NCBI GenBank assembly: GCA_963701085.1
Contig: OY969561.1
Location: 640,001 to 704,000, forward strand
Origin: an uncultured bacterium
Lineage (GTDB): Bacteria; Babelota; Babeliae; Babelales; Vermiphilaceae
Reading direction: 5' to 3'
Length of the DNA stretch: 64,000 nt
This document shows, one piece after another, positions 41,194 to 51,538 of this stretch (position 1 is its first letter; each line of letters opens with the position of its first letter). Below the pieces are notes generated by a model, which was given only the letters and a program-made list of their open reading frames with translations, made no database searches and had not been told where the DNA came from. Position numbers and translations under genes: made by a program.

Positions 41194-41219
41194 TACCTTT
41201 CTTAAAAAAATAACTTTTT

Positions 41220-43079
41220 TTAGAAGTATATTGCTAAGCCAATATGAGCTTCAGTTTCTTTCATAATGTTTCTACCAGAAACCATTTGTGATCCACCACC
41301 AAAGATTTCAAAATAGTGAGCGCGGTAGAATATTTCTCCACGTAATTTATTAGAGAATGAATTTGTATGCTTTTCATAATTACATGCAGAAAGCGGTTGA
41401 TCCGGGCGACCTAACAAATCTGTCGCTGTTTTTTGACAATCCAATGATACATGATCATGACCTTTAGCAAACAACTCATAACCAAGCACAAAACCAAGAT
41501 CAGGATTATGTGGATGGAAGAAGTTCAAATCAGTTTGTAAGGTGAAGTAGTTCCAAGAAACATCAACATCAAGTTCTGGACCAACGTTAACAATTGTTGC
41601 ACCAGTAAATGGAGCTGCACGATGTTCAATGCGTTTACATGCATGGAAGAAGAATGGACGAATTTCAAATGCAAACCATTCGCGTGGTTTCCATCCGCCA
41701 TCTAAACCAAGTTTAATAACAGTATGTCCATTGTTTCCTGTTGGTTTTAATAAAACTTGATTAGAGCTTTCTTGTTTTGAACCTGATGGGAATTGAACAC
41801 CAAATATACCATCCGCAAACCAATCATCATAATGACAAATACCGCCATATATTTCCATCGCCAAGTCACCAATACCTACAACACGTTGAAACCCTAAATC
41901 AATACCATTATTTGCAAAGAATGTTGTTGCTGGTTCTGAAGGAATAAGATCCGTATCTATCAGTGTTTGAATCGTCGTTAAAATTGCAGCTGAATCAGCT
42001 GTAAGATTACCGTCGTTAACTCCACCTGGATTTGAAATAGAACGTGGTGTTATAAAAATAGTACCTTGCGCATCTCTATCATTTTGCAAGTTACCGGCGT
42101 AATCAGTACCAGTTTTGAAAAATGATATTGATCCATCAGCTGCTTGCCCATCAACACCTAATGCACCAGATACCTGACCTGGATAATGTCTAAATGGTAT
42201 TGTTGGTACGGTACCATCATCGCTTTTAGTAGCATATGCAGCTGGCATAGCATCATTCTGAGCAGAACTTGTACCAGTCAAAGATCTACCAGTAAGTTGC
42301 ACTATTGCATTTGCTCCAGTACCAGAATAAACCACTACAGGTCGTGCCGTTGTATTGTTTGATGGCATAGCTGTTTGATTAAAAACTAATGTACTTAAAA
42401 AGTCAAAACGCATTGCATATTCTGTTTGATCAGGATCAGCGCCCTCATCAGTATTTATTATTCTGGTAACATATACATTATCCAATGTTTCTTCAGATGA
42501 GGCATCATTATCCGGTTCAACTTCAACTATCTTAAATGGAACATTTACACGACCACCAAGATGATATCTATCATTTTTACCGAGATAACGTGCAAAATCG
42601 ACACCCATATTTGCACCATACTCTTTATATTCCATTACTGGTGCAATACGTGCAAAAGCTAAGAAAGGATTTGTTGCATTTACTAATATTTGACCAGCCG
42701 CTACTGAAGGATTGCTTTGATCACCTGCAAAAGTTCCACCAGCAAATGCATTTTCACCACGAAATACCGCTTTACCAAAAAATAACTCTCCCAGCGATAC
42801 TGTATTACGAGTTATTTTATCTTCACACTCATCACAGGAAGAAAATGCTTTATTAGCGGTACGTGAATATCCAACGCCCCACATATGAATATTCCAATCT
42901 GTGTTCTTTTTTTTACTTGGCATTTGATCATACCACCATGCTTGATCAGATGGTGCTAAAAACCAATGCTGATAACCACGAGCATCAAAATCAAGTGGTG
43001 ACCTGAATTCAAAACTTGCATGAAGCGCTCCACCATATAATGCGCCCAAAAGCACAATACTTTTTAAGGTTTTCTTCAT
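41220..43079 (-). CDS. putative outer-membrane beta-barrel protein
   Basis: Signal ending LHA|S; amphipathic beta strands; C-terminal HIGLAIYF beta-signal; GNNGH motif shared with 59913..61385. Confidence 0.75.
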   Translation of the reverse strand: MKKTLKSIVLLGALYGGALHASFEFRSPLDFDARGYQHWFLAPSDQAWWYDQMPSKKKNTDWNIHMWGVGYSRTANKAFSSCDECEDKITRNTVSLGELFFGKAVFRGENAFAGGTFAGDQSNPSVAAGQILVNATNPFLAFARIAPVMEYKEYGANMGVDFARYLGKNDRYHLGGRVNVPFKIVEVEPDNDASSEETLDNVYVTRIINTDEGADPDQTEYAMRFDFLSTLVFNQTAMPSNNTTARPVVVYSGTGANAIVQLTGRSLTGTSSAQNDAMPAAYATKSDDGTVPTIPFRHYPGQVSGALGVDGQAADGSISFFKTGTDYAGNLQNDRDAQGTIFITPRSISNPGGVNDGNLTADSAAILTTIQTLIDTDLIPSEPATTFFANNGIDLGFQRVVGIGDLAMEIYGGICHYDDWFADGIFGVQFPSGSKQESSNQVLLKPTGNNGHTVIKLGLDGGWKPREWFAFEIRPFFFHACKRIEHRAAPFTGATIVNVGPELDVDVSWNYFTLQTDLNFFHPHNPDLGFVLGYELFAKGHDHVSLDCQKTATDLLGRPDQPLSACNYEKHTNSFSNKLRGEIFYRAHYFEIFGGGSQMVSGRNIMKETEAHIGLAIYF

Positions 43080-43136
43080 CACATTCCTTCTCTTTATTAC
43101 GTCCATACCGCACTACCTTTTTTTTAATACAAGCGA

Positions 43137-43164
43137 GCAGATGGGTACTTTCATACCCATCTGC
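43137..43164 (-). other. intercistronic hairpin without a U-tract
   Basis: GCAGATGGGTA-CTTTCA-TACCCATCTGC between the first and second genes of the operon. Confidence 0.6.
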
Positions 43165-43171
43165 CATTCAA

Positions 43172-46100
43172 TTATACCTGTATGCCTACTTGCATATTGG
43201 TTATTGTTACTATCTGATTTGATTCAACATCAATATCTGCAAATACCGCTGCCGCATCAATTGCTGCACGATTCTTAGAATCTTGCTGACCAACACCAAT
43301 AATATCAAATGCTTGAGCGCGAACAATAGTATTACCGCTCACCGTATCAACACGTATATTTTCTGATTCTGGTCGGAAGCTATCACCTTGGCTTGCAGCA
43401 TTTGCTCTACCAAACGTGTTATCACGAGTAACAGTAGCATCAGTTGCATCATGTGTAGCAATATAGTCAAAGAATTCTGCACCAGTAAGACCAGTCACAT
43501 CAACGTTATCCGGTTGTAACAATGTTGAAGCCATAACACCAGCACTCAAGAGAAGAGATAAATCACCAGCTTGATCCAATACAATAGGCTGTAAGCCTCC
43601 AACTTCTCCTGGCTTAATAAGCACAATGTTACCACCACCAGCAATATTGAAGTTTGATTCTCTTGTTAATGTAGGATCAACATTTTCATCTGGCAATTCA
43701 AAATCAAGATCGAAGGTAACTCCTGCAGCACCACTCACTGCAAGCAATGATGCATTGGTATCATCACCACGGAATATACGATCATGTTCAAATCTACCAT
43801 TGAACAATTGAAGAGTGATTAAACCAACGTTGCTTAAGTTGTTTACTATATTTTCATTCGGTACAAAGTTGGTTGGGCAATTACGAGCGCGTACCAATTG
43901 AAGCTGACCATCAAAACGCTCAATACCAACACCAAAACCAAGGAAGCCACGGCTACCAATACTGAAATTAGCATTATCACCATCAAGCAATAAAGTGAAG
44001 TTGACTGAGTGACCTTCAAGAGGATCAATGTTACCAATTTGGAATACGCCACCTTCATTATAATTAAAGTGACCAATTGCAAACGTAGCATTATCAGCAA
44101 GGCTTAAAATAAGATCTGTTGTTGGAATGTCACATGCTGCAGTGCTCACTGTTTCAACACCAACAAATGCATTGAATGGTAAAATACCTTGTGCATTATC
44201 CACTAATTCAATAGTACCACTACCAATAAGTCTTACACGGAACTGGTCAGTGTTATGCAGCCCTTGTCCAAAGTTAATCAATGATGAAAGTGGATTATGA
44301 GGATCTGCAGCAGGAACTATTGTTATTGGTAATGTTGAATCTTCTGCACCAAAAGGAATTGCTGAGAAGAAGCTCACTGCATTGTGTGCTGCTTCAAAGA
44401 GGAGTTGTGAATTTTCAGCAAAACGCAAGGTACCCATTCCGGTAACAATTTGAGCTCCTGGTTCAACAACCAAACGAAGTTCTCCCATAAATGCAACAAT
44501 CTGAGATGGATCATCAAATGATGTTAAATTCAATGTACCACTTGATTTGAGAAGAATTTGATGCGGTACTGCACTGTAAAGTTCCAACACATCGCATGAT
44601 GCAAAGTCAGGACCTTTTACAAATGCACAGACGTTATCAATAACCAAGTCGCTATTTACAACAACACGACCAGAACCATTAGCTATAATAGTAACACCAT
44701 TAGTTCCAAGCGTTGTAGTGTCATCAAGACCAATCGTTCCATTATTTGTCAATATGATTGTTGCAACCGGTGCTTCCGCACTACAATTGTTATTCAAGAA
44801 TGTTAATCGACGAACATTACCACCATCAATCAAGAACTGTGCTGGATCACCAATACGTGTTGCTTGAATTTGCAAGTCATCAATGCACCCTTGAATTGTT
44901 GGCAATGATGTTACGTTTGCTTCCGTTACTGCTGGGCACACGCATGCATCCACACAACAACTGAATGGTGTAAAGTTTGGACAGTCTTTTTTAGCAAGCA
45001 TCCAATTGAATATATAGGTTGATAAACATTGATCAGGTCCAACAATGATTTGATCTTGTGGATTACTTAAATCCATATTCCATGTTGCAATACCAGCACC
45101 ATTACAGAAGAACACTTGATCAGCTGGAAGATCCACAATACCATTGTGGCTCTTAATTACCATAACGCACATATTGGCAATAAAGCCTGGTTCAATACTA
45201 ATTTTGCCATTTAAATCAACAAAGATAGCATTCTTGCCAGTTGTGATGCTACGTGCCGGCGCACCTTTTGTTTCAAACGAGAATACGTTACCCGCGATAC
45301 GCAACCATGGATTAGTATCAATATTAAATCCGGTTGAATCAGCATTAACGCCAATAGAGATATTGCTGTTACCGCCCAAGAATATTGTATGAATAGAATT
45401 GTTAACTGGCGTAACAACAATAAGATTATTAATTGATGCATCATTAAATGCTGTTGTAAGATCCAAGGTTTGATTGCCATTTGGATCAAGTGGATTAAGA
45501 GCGGAACTGATGGCATCATCTTGTTCCATAATATTCAAATGTGCATCAGCATCAACACGTGAGCATCCATTAGCCGCTGTTGAACCGATACGTGTACCAA
45601 GAATCATTTGACGACCGGTACCGTTATCAACACATACACCATTTGCATAGAAAATAAAATCAGAAAGGTTTGCACGTAAAATACCTAAATCATCAACAAA
45701 ATTTGGTACCACGAGATCCAAACCAGTTAATGCGATATCAGTATTTACATTAAGAACAGAATTAATAAAACGTATATTTGGTCGAACATCTGATCCTAAT
45801 AGATTAAATGTTTCGCCACCAATATACGCTGGTTCTGATCTCAAATCATTGTTTGGGAAAATATTGTGACATTCGTCAGTGTGACTTAATGCTGTGGTAG
45901 ACAGATTCATTCTGTTATTAATAAGGAATGCACCACAATTGTACATCAACAGTTCACAATCTTCTGTGTTGAATGTGCGTGAAGGGAAGTTAGTTTCACT
46001 AGATCCTACAAAAAGAGATCCTCCGGTTGGAAGCACTTCCAAAGAGAGAAGTTCAATTTTGCTCGTCACTTGACCATCTACCACTACACCATCCACATCT

Positions 46101-47524
46101 AGTTGACCTTCAAGATCAAATACAATATTACCCACACCAGTTGTCCTGCTTGATGCATCTATAGTGAATGGATCAACGTCACACTCGTCACGGATGATGC
46201 CATTATCAGCAACACCTGATCGCACGAAGAACGCTGCTCGTTCACCAAACTGTAGTTGTGCACTTATTGCAGCTGGATTAAGATTACCATCAATAATAAA
46301 TGCTGATGGATTACGCATTTTAACCAATTTACCTGCTTGGATTTTTTCAAATCCTGGAACTACAACATCAGGAATTTGATTAAGCGCAAGGCCAACAAAA
46401 TCAACATATGAATCGGACTGTATGTTCAAGATACCATTGGCACCAAGAATAACACCATAACGGCGTCCAGAGAATATTCCACGATAATTCATAATATCTT
46501 GACGAGCAAACAGCTGTAAGAATGGATCTATCAACAGTTCAGACAAGGTTTCATTCTTATCTAAAACAAGTAGTCCTGCTGAAGTATCAGAACTAACACT
46601 ATTTGTTGTTGTCCATATTGCCTGGTATCCTGCAGCAATTTCTGGCCTAATATTAGCAGATGTAATCAAGCCGCCATTTTTTTGGCATGTATAATGACCG
46701 GCTGCTATAAAGGCTCCCCGATTTTCTACTTCTAAAATCATACGACCCAAACCAGTCATGACCGGATCAAAACTGATAAAACCAGAATCTTGAGCTATAT
46801 CAACTTTACGAGAAGATAAAAAGCTCAATAATGATTTTTCACCAACAATAATACGTCTATTTTGACAGGAAGAACGGTGACGATCCCCTAAATTAACAAA
46901 ACGTAAGGTTGGTCTGAATGCACTTGTTTCATTACAACCAGAGCCTGAAGTTTCATATTCTTGGCCATATTCATCACAAAGGAATCCACCATATTCATCA
47001 ATACAACAAGGCTTACAATATTCATCACATGTATATTCATCACCACATGGTGCATCAACTCCACCATACATCAATACATAATAATGTGTTCCACCAGAGC
47101 CTTCTTGTGAGGTAAGTTCAAATTTCTTACCTTCTGCAATATCAACCTCAACAGTACCTGGTCCACTTTGAACAACTAAAAGATTATCGCCAGTAATTTG
47201 TGATGAACCAATAAAGATAATATTATGATCAACAACAAAACGAATTGTTCTACCTGGTGCTGCTATTAAATAAAGTTGCGACTCACCGGCCCAGTGCCCA
47301 CTGATTGTCGCATTTTCTGTTAACGTAACCGTTACGTCCTTATGAATTGCCTCAATTCTTGTTGCCCCCAACCGCAGCAACACATCGCCTTTAATGACAA
47401 GATTTTCATCAACAATATCAGCGGCTCCATGCGTTCCTCTCCATATCTGATCTGCCATTACCGCAGAAGACATTAAAGATATCGCAAAAAGAGCTAATCG
47501 ATAACGAGAAAAGCACCTTTTCAT
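43172..47524 (-). CDS. very large exported Cys-containing beta-rich (beta-helix-like) protein, about 1450 aa
   Basis: Signal ending VMA|D; G/N/I/L/D-rich beta-strand pattern; Cys clusters PCGDEYTCDEYCKPCCIDEY and CPNFTPFSCCVDACVCP. Confidence 0.85.
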   Translation of the reverse strand: MKRCFSRYRLALFAISLMSSAVMADQIWRGTHGAADIVDENLVIKGDVLLRLGATRIEAIHKDVTVTLTENATISGHWAGESQLYLIAAPGRTIRFVVDHNIIFIGSSQITGDNLLVVQSGPGTVEVDIAEGKKFELTSQEGSGGTHYYVLMYGGVDAPCGDEYTCDEYCKPCCIDEYGGFLCDEYGQEYETSGSGCNETSAFRPTLRFVNLGDRHRSSCQNRRIIVGEKSLLSFLSSRKVDIAQDSGFISFDPVMTGLGRMILEVENRGAFIAAGHYTCQKNGGLITSANIRPEIAAGYQAIWTTTNSVSSDTSAGLLVLDKNETLSELLIDPFLQLFARQDIMNYRGIFSGRRYGVILGANGILNIQSDSYVDFVGLALNQIPDVVVPGFEKIQAGKLVKMRNPSAFIIDGNLNPAAISAQLQFGERAAFFVRSGVADNGIIRDECDVDPFTIDASSRTTGVGNIVFDLEGQLDVDGVVVDGQVTSKIELLSLEVLPTGGSLFVGSSETNFPSRTFNTEDCELLMYNCGAFLINNRMNLSTTALSHTDECHNIFPNNDLRSEPAYIGGETFNLLGSDVRPNIRFINSVLNVNTDIALTGLDLVVPNFVDDLGILRANLSDFIFYANGVCVDNGTGRQMILGTRIGSTAANGCSRVDADAHLNIMEQDDAISSALNPLDPNGNQTLDLTTAFNDASINNLIVVTPVNNSIHTIFLGGNSNISIGVNADSTGFNIDTNPWLRIAGNVFSFETKGAPARSITTGKNAIFVDLNGKISIEPGFIANMCVMVIKSHNGIVDLPADQVFFCNGAGIATWNMDLSNPQDQIIVGPDQCLSTYIFNWMLAKKDCPNFTPFSCCVDACVCPAVTEANVTSLPTIQGCIDDLQIQATRIGDPAQFLIDGGNVRRLTFLNNNCSAEAPVATIILTNNGTIGLDDTTTLGTNGVTIIANGSGRVVVNSDLVIDNVCAFVKGPDFASCDVLELYSAVPHQILLKSSGTLNLTSFDDPSQIVAFMGELRLVVEPGAQIVTGMGTLRFAENSQLLFEAAHNAVSFFSAIPFGAEDSTLPITIVPAADPHNPLSSLINFGQGLHNTDQFRVRLIGSGTIELVDNAQGILPFNAFVGVETVSTAACDIPTTDLILSLADNATFAIGHFNYNEGGVFQIGNIDPLEGHSVNFTLLLDGDNANFSIGSRGFLGFGVGIERFDGQLQLVRARNCPTNFVPNENIVNNLSNVGLITLQLFNGRFEHDRIFRGDDTNASLLAVSGAAGVTFDLDFELPDENVDPTLTRESNFNIAGGGNIVLIKPGEVGGLQPIVLDQAGDLSLLLSAGVMASTLLQPDNVDVTGLTGAEFFDYIATHDATDATVTRDNTFGRANAASQGDSFRPESENIRVDTVSGNTIVRAQAFDIIGVGQQDSKNRAAIDAAAVFADIDVESNQIVTITNMQVGIQV

Positions 47525-47682
47525 ACTCTCACCCTTTTTTTTTAAGAAAACTACTACTTCACCATTACTCAAAAGACAGTACTATTATCACATTATACAA
47601 TCTCTCCTTATCACGCATAACCCGATTATTTTATAATGTCAACTTTTCAGACAATAAAACTAATCAGATAAAAATAGCAATA

Positions 47683-48756
47683 TTATGACTTAAGATTAAT
47701 TAAAATCTCATTAAGATTTTTTTTAGAAATGACATTTTTAAAGAATTTAACATTTTTAAAAAGGGATTCCGTGGGCTCAGTTATAGCAACAAAACGATCA
47801 GCATATTCAACATCTACTTTTATAGCGGGGAAGAAATCAAATTTATCGACATATTTTTTAACAATATCAGGACGGAAAATATAATTAAGAAATGGATATA
47901 CAAGATCATCTTTCTTAGTAGCAGCTGGTATCGCAAAAGAATCAAGAACCACAAAAGCTCCCTCTTTTGGTACAATAAAATTAATAGATTCAAACCATCT
48001 CATCACTTTTAATAAATCACCAGAAAGAGTTACCACAACAGGAACAACTCCTGATGCTAAAACATATTCTGAACGTGCGTCAGTATAAACTTCAACTCGT
48101 AGTTTTTGCTTAATCAACAACCTTTCTATTACATTAACTTCATCATCGTTCAATGGCCTAACCGTGCCAAAAAGATATAATGCTGCAATTGAGATAAGTG
48201 CGCGCGGATCTTCAACAACACCAATACGGTTTGGCATAATTTTTTCATCAAAAATCAACCCCCATGTTGGGTCCGGGGTTTTTCCACCCCAATAAGCAGT
48301 ATTAACACCAAGGCCCAGCAATGACCAGAAATACGGAACCGTATATTCATTTTCTGGATCAAAATAATGATCACACAACGTAGGATAGAGACTATCCCAT
48401 ACAGCTATTTTATTTTTATCAAGCTTTTTAACCAAACCATCTCGAATCAATAACTCAACTGCCCAATCAGATGGCATAATAAGATCATAATCATGAAGAT
48501 CAGTTGAATGTAATTTAACAAACAGCTCTTCATTATTTTCAAAATAGCTCATATTAACGCGTATGCCAGTCTCACGTTCAAAATCGGATAAAAATTCTTT
48601 ATCAAGTACTTGGCCCCAGACAAGCACGTTAATACTTTTTTCACGGTTAAAAGGCTCAGTTAAACGACCAACTGAAACAAACGCTATAATCAATGCAGCT
48701 ATACCAACAACAATAAAAACTTTTACCAGCAAACTTGCTTCATGCTTGTGCTTCAT
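47683..48756 (-). CDS. potD: spermidine/putrescine ABC transporter substrate-binding protein
   Basis: FERETGI.V....F.NNEEL..KL, YDLIMPSD, PYFWS and VPKEGA...DSFAIP. Confidence 0.9.
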   Translation of the reverse strand: MKHKHEASLLVKVFIVVGIAALIIAFVSVGRLTEPFNREKSINVLVWGQVLDKEFLSDFERETGIRVNMSYFENNEELFVKLHSTDLHDYDLIMPSDWAVELLIRDGLVKKLDKNKIAVWDSLYPTLCDHYFDPENEYTVPYFWSLLGLGVNTAYWGGKTPDPTWGLIFDEKIMPNRIGVVEDPRALISIAALYLFGTVRPLNDDEVNVIERLLIKQKLRVEVYTDARSEYVLASGVVPVVVTLSGDLLKVMRWFESINFIVPKEGAFVVLDSFAIPAATKKDDLVYPFLNYIFRPDIVKKYVDKFDFFPAIKVDVEYADRFVAITEPTESLFKNVKFFKNVISKKNLNEILINLKS

Positions 48757-49532
48757 GGTGATGTCCTTGTTTTTTTAACATGTAAAAGGGAAAAAAGAAG
48801 CACAAAAAAACTACTAAAAATTAACATAATCGTTGATAACGCATTAATCATTGGTGATGCACCCGTGCGAATCACAGAGAAAATGTAAAGCGGCAACGTT
48901 TGAACAGATGCTCCTGCACAGAAAAAAGAAATAATAAAATCATCTAAAGAAATAATAAATACCAAAAGGCCAGAAGAAATTAATGCCGGCATTAATAATG
49001 GCAACACTATAGAAAAGAATGTTTGCCTTTGTGTTGCGCCAAGATCATATGATGCTTCAATCAAACTTTCATCTAATTCAACAAATCGACTATGGAGAAT
49101 AGGTATCACATACCCAAGACCAAGAAGTGTATGCCCAACTATGAGTGTCATGGCACCAAGTGGCACTGCAAAAAAAGAAAATAGTGAAAGCAAGCCAACA
49201 GCCAGCACTATTTCTGGCATTGCTAAACTTCCATAAAATAAAATGAGTAAGCGCTTAACCGATTCACGTGAACCAAAAAAAATTAAACTTGAACCAATCG
49301 CCAAACTTAAAAGAACTGATGAGCCAGCAATGAGCAATGAATTTTTTAATGCATGCCAAACTTCAGTAGAAGCAAAAAGATCATAATACCAATGAGTTGT
49401 AAAAGAGCTCCATGCGCACGTAAAGGGATTATCATTAAAAGAAAAAATCACCAAAACAAAAATAGGTATATATAAAAAAAGATATAATCCTGCAACCGTA
49501 ATCGGTAAAATATATGATCCAAAAGTTTTCAT
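48753..49532 (-). CDS. potC: polyamine ABC permease
   Basis: FLYIPI.VL.IFSFN, EASYDLGA, SLDDF and TLPLYIFS. Confidence 0.92.
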   Translation of the reverse strand: MKTFGSYILPITVAGLYLFLYIPIFVLVIFSFNDNPFTCAWSSFTTHWYYDLFASTEVWHALKNSLLIAGSSVLLSLAIGSSLIFFGSRESVKRLLILFYGSLAMPEIVLAVGLLSLFSFFAVPLGAMTLIVGHTLLGLGYVIPILHSRFVELDESLIEASYDLGATQRQTFFSIVLPLLMPALISSGLLVFIISLDDFIISFFCAGASVQTLPLYIFSVIRTGASPMINALSTIMLIFSSFFVLLFSLLHVKKTRTSP

Positions 49533-50416
49533 TTGATAGACTCCTTTTGTACTTTCTGCACAGGAACTGTACACAACCAATTGAAAAGTAAAACACATAC
49601 TAATAACACAAAACCACTTACAATGGTAAATGCCGCTCCCAATTGACCATCCCGTGCTACCAAGAAATAATGAGATATTAATGAACCAACAAACATATGA
49701 TGGCCACCACCAATAATTGCAGGAATGACAAATTCACCAAAAGCAGGAACAAATACCAAAAACACTCCTGTTTTAACTCCTGACATTGAAAGTGGTACCG
49801 TAATACGCTTAAATGTTTGCCAATGCGTTGCACCTAAATCCATGGATGCTTCAATAAGATCGTGCTGAATTTTTTCTAGAATACTATACAAAGGCATAAT
49901 CATAAACGGAAGATAGTAATACAGCATCACAAAAAAAATTGCCCACGTATTATTAATCATATGCAATGGCTCGTGAATACAACCAATCTTGAGCAAGAAC
50001 ATATTGATTAATCCGTTATAATCAAGCACAAATATCCATGAATAAATTTGGATTAAGAAGTTAGTCCAAAATGGTAAGGTAAGTAAAAAAAGCAATCCGT
50101 TTTTCCAGCGCCTGTTAACTTTAAGAGCCAAATAATATGCTACAGGATATGCACACATAAGACATAACAACGTTACGCCCAATGCAATACAAGCAGATCG
50201 CCCGATAATATAAAAATAAGGACTATGCAAAACAGCATAATAATTATCAAAAGTTATATCAAAACTGACGGTATCAGTCGCTCGCTTAAAGCTTGTGTAT
50301 AAAACGAGAAAAAGTGGCACGTACAAAAATAATACTTGCCACAAGACTGCCGGCACTGAGAATATAAAAGATGCATTCTCAGCAATAAAATTGTTAATCT
50401 TTGTTTTAATTTTCAT
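49529..50416 (-). CDS. potB: polyamine ABC permease
   Basis: YPVAY, PFWTNFLI..Y.W, YLPFMIMPLY and EASMDLGA. Confidence 0.92.
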   Translation of the reverse strand: MKIKTKINNFIAENASFIFSVPAVLWQVLFLYVPLFLVLYTSFKRATDTVSFDITFDNYYAVLHSPYFYIIGRSACIALGVTLLCLMCAYPVAYYLALKVNRRWKNGLLFLLTLPFWTNFLIQIYSWIFVLDYNGLINMFLLKIGCIHEPLHMINNTWAIFFVMLYYYLPFMIMPLYSILEKIQHDLIEASMDLGATHWQTFKRITVPLSMSGVKTGVFLVFVPAFGEFVIPAIIGGGHHMFVGSLISHYFLVARDGQLGAAFTIVSGFVLLVCVLLFNWLCTVPVQKVQKESIK

Positions 50417-51504
50417 TTTTCAAGCAACACCACATTTTCTTTTTGCCAATACAAAAACACAGAATCATCATAATCAATAATTTCTTGCGGAAAATGCTCT
50501 TCATTCTGTTCAAATACTTGAGCTATTTCACCATTTTTTAATTGAACATTATATTGTGTTGAGCGTCCATGATAAACAATTGATTGTACCGTACCTTCTA
50601 ACATATTAGAAAAACCTGTCAAAGGAGTTTTGCTAATATCAATCTTTTCTGGGCGGATGCTCATAAAAACGGTATTGCCATCCCGCATCCACTCTTTTTC
50701 TTTTGGACCAACAACCTCAAACATACCGAGCCCAGGAAATTCAATATGACATTGCTCGTTTTTTATATGCAACATTCCTTTTAATAAGTTAGTTGTTCCT
50801 ACAAAGGCTGCAACAAACGCACTTACCGGAAATTCATAAATTTCTTTAGGAGTACCAACTTGCTCAATTTCACCATCATAATTCATAATGGCCATGTGAT
50901 CAGCAACCGTTAATGCTTCAAACTGATCATGAGTCACGTACACAAAAGTAGTCTTAAGCGTAGCTTGCAAATCAATAAGCTCAATCAACATTTTTTCACG
51001 TAACTTTAAATCTAATGCTGCCAATGGCTCATCTAATAATAAAACATCTGGTTCATTAATAATTGCACGAGCAAGAGCAACACGTTGCTTTTGTCCACCA
51101 GAAAGATTTTGGATAGATTTATGGATATGCTTATCAAGATCAACAGTCTTTAATATCTTAGTAACTTTTTCTTCAATAATATTTTTTGGCACATTCCTAA
51201 TTGATAAGCTATAAGCAACATTATCAAAAACATCCATATGGGGAAATAGTGCATAATTTTGAAATACCGTATTTACGGTGCGCTTATAAACAGGCACATG
51301 CGTGATATCCTGACCACCCAAAAAAATTGATCCGCTATCAGCTTCTTCCAAACCAGCAATCAAGCGCAACAGAGTTGTTTTACCACTGCCACTTGGGCCA
51401 AGGAGCGCAAAAAAAGTACCCCCCGGTATCTTCAATGAAAGCTTATCTAAAACAAGCTCACCGTTATAAAACTTTGTAATGTTATCAAAACGAATACTTC
51501 TCAT
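50413..51504 (-). CDS. potA: polyamine ABC ATPase
   Basis: GPSGSGKTT, VFQNYALFPH, LSGGQKQRVALARA and LLLDEPL.ALD.KLR. Confidence 0.94.
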   Translation of the reverse strand: MRSIRFDNITKFYNGELVLDKLSLKIPGGTFFALLGPSGSGKTTLLRLIAGLEEADSGSIFLGGQDITHVPVYKRTVNTVFQNYALFPHMDVFDNVAYSLSIRNVPKNIIEEKVTKILKTVDLDKHIHKSIQNLSGGQKQRVALARAIINEPDVLLLDEPLAALDLKLREKMLIELIDLQATLKTTFVYVTHDQFEALTVADHMAIMNYDGEIEQVGTPKEIYEFPVSAFVAAFVGTTNLLKGMLHIKNEQCHIEFPGLGMFEVVGPKEKEWMRDGNTVFMSIRPEKIDISKTPLTGFSNMLEGTVQSIVYHGRSTQYNVQLKNGEIAQVFEQNEEHFPQEIIDYDDSVFLYWQKENVVLLEK

Positions 51505-51538
51505 ATGCTTACTACCTATTATTTTATACGCTTCTCAT

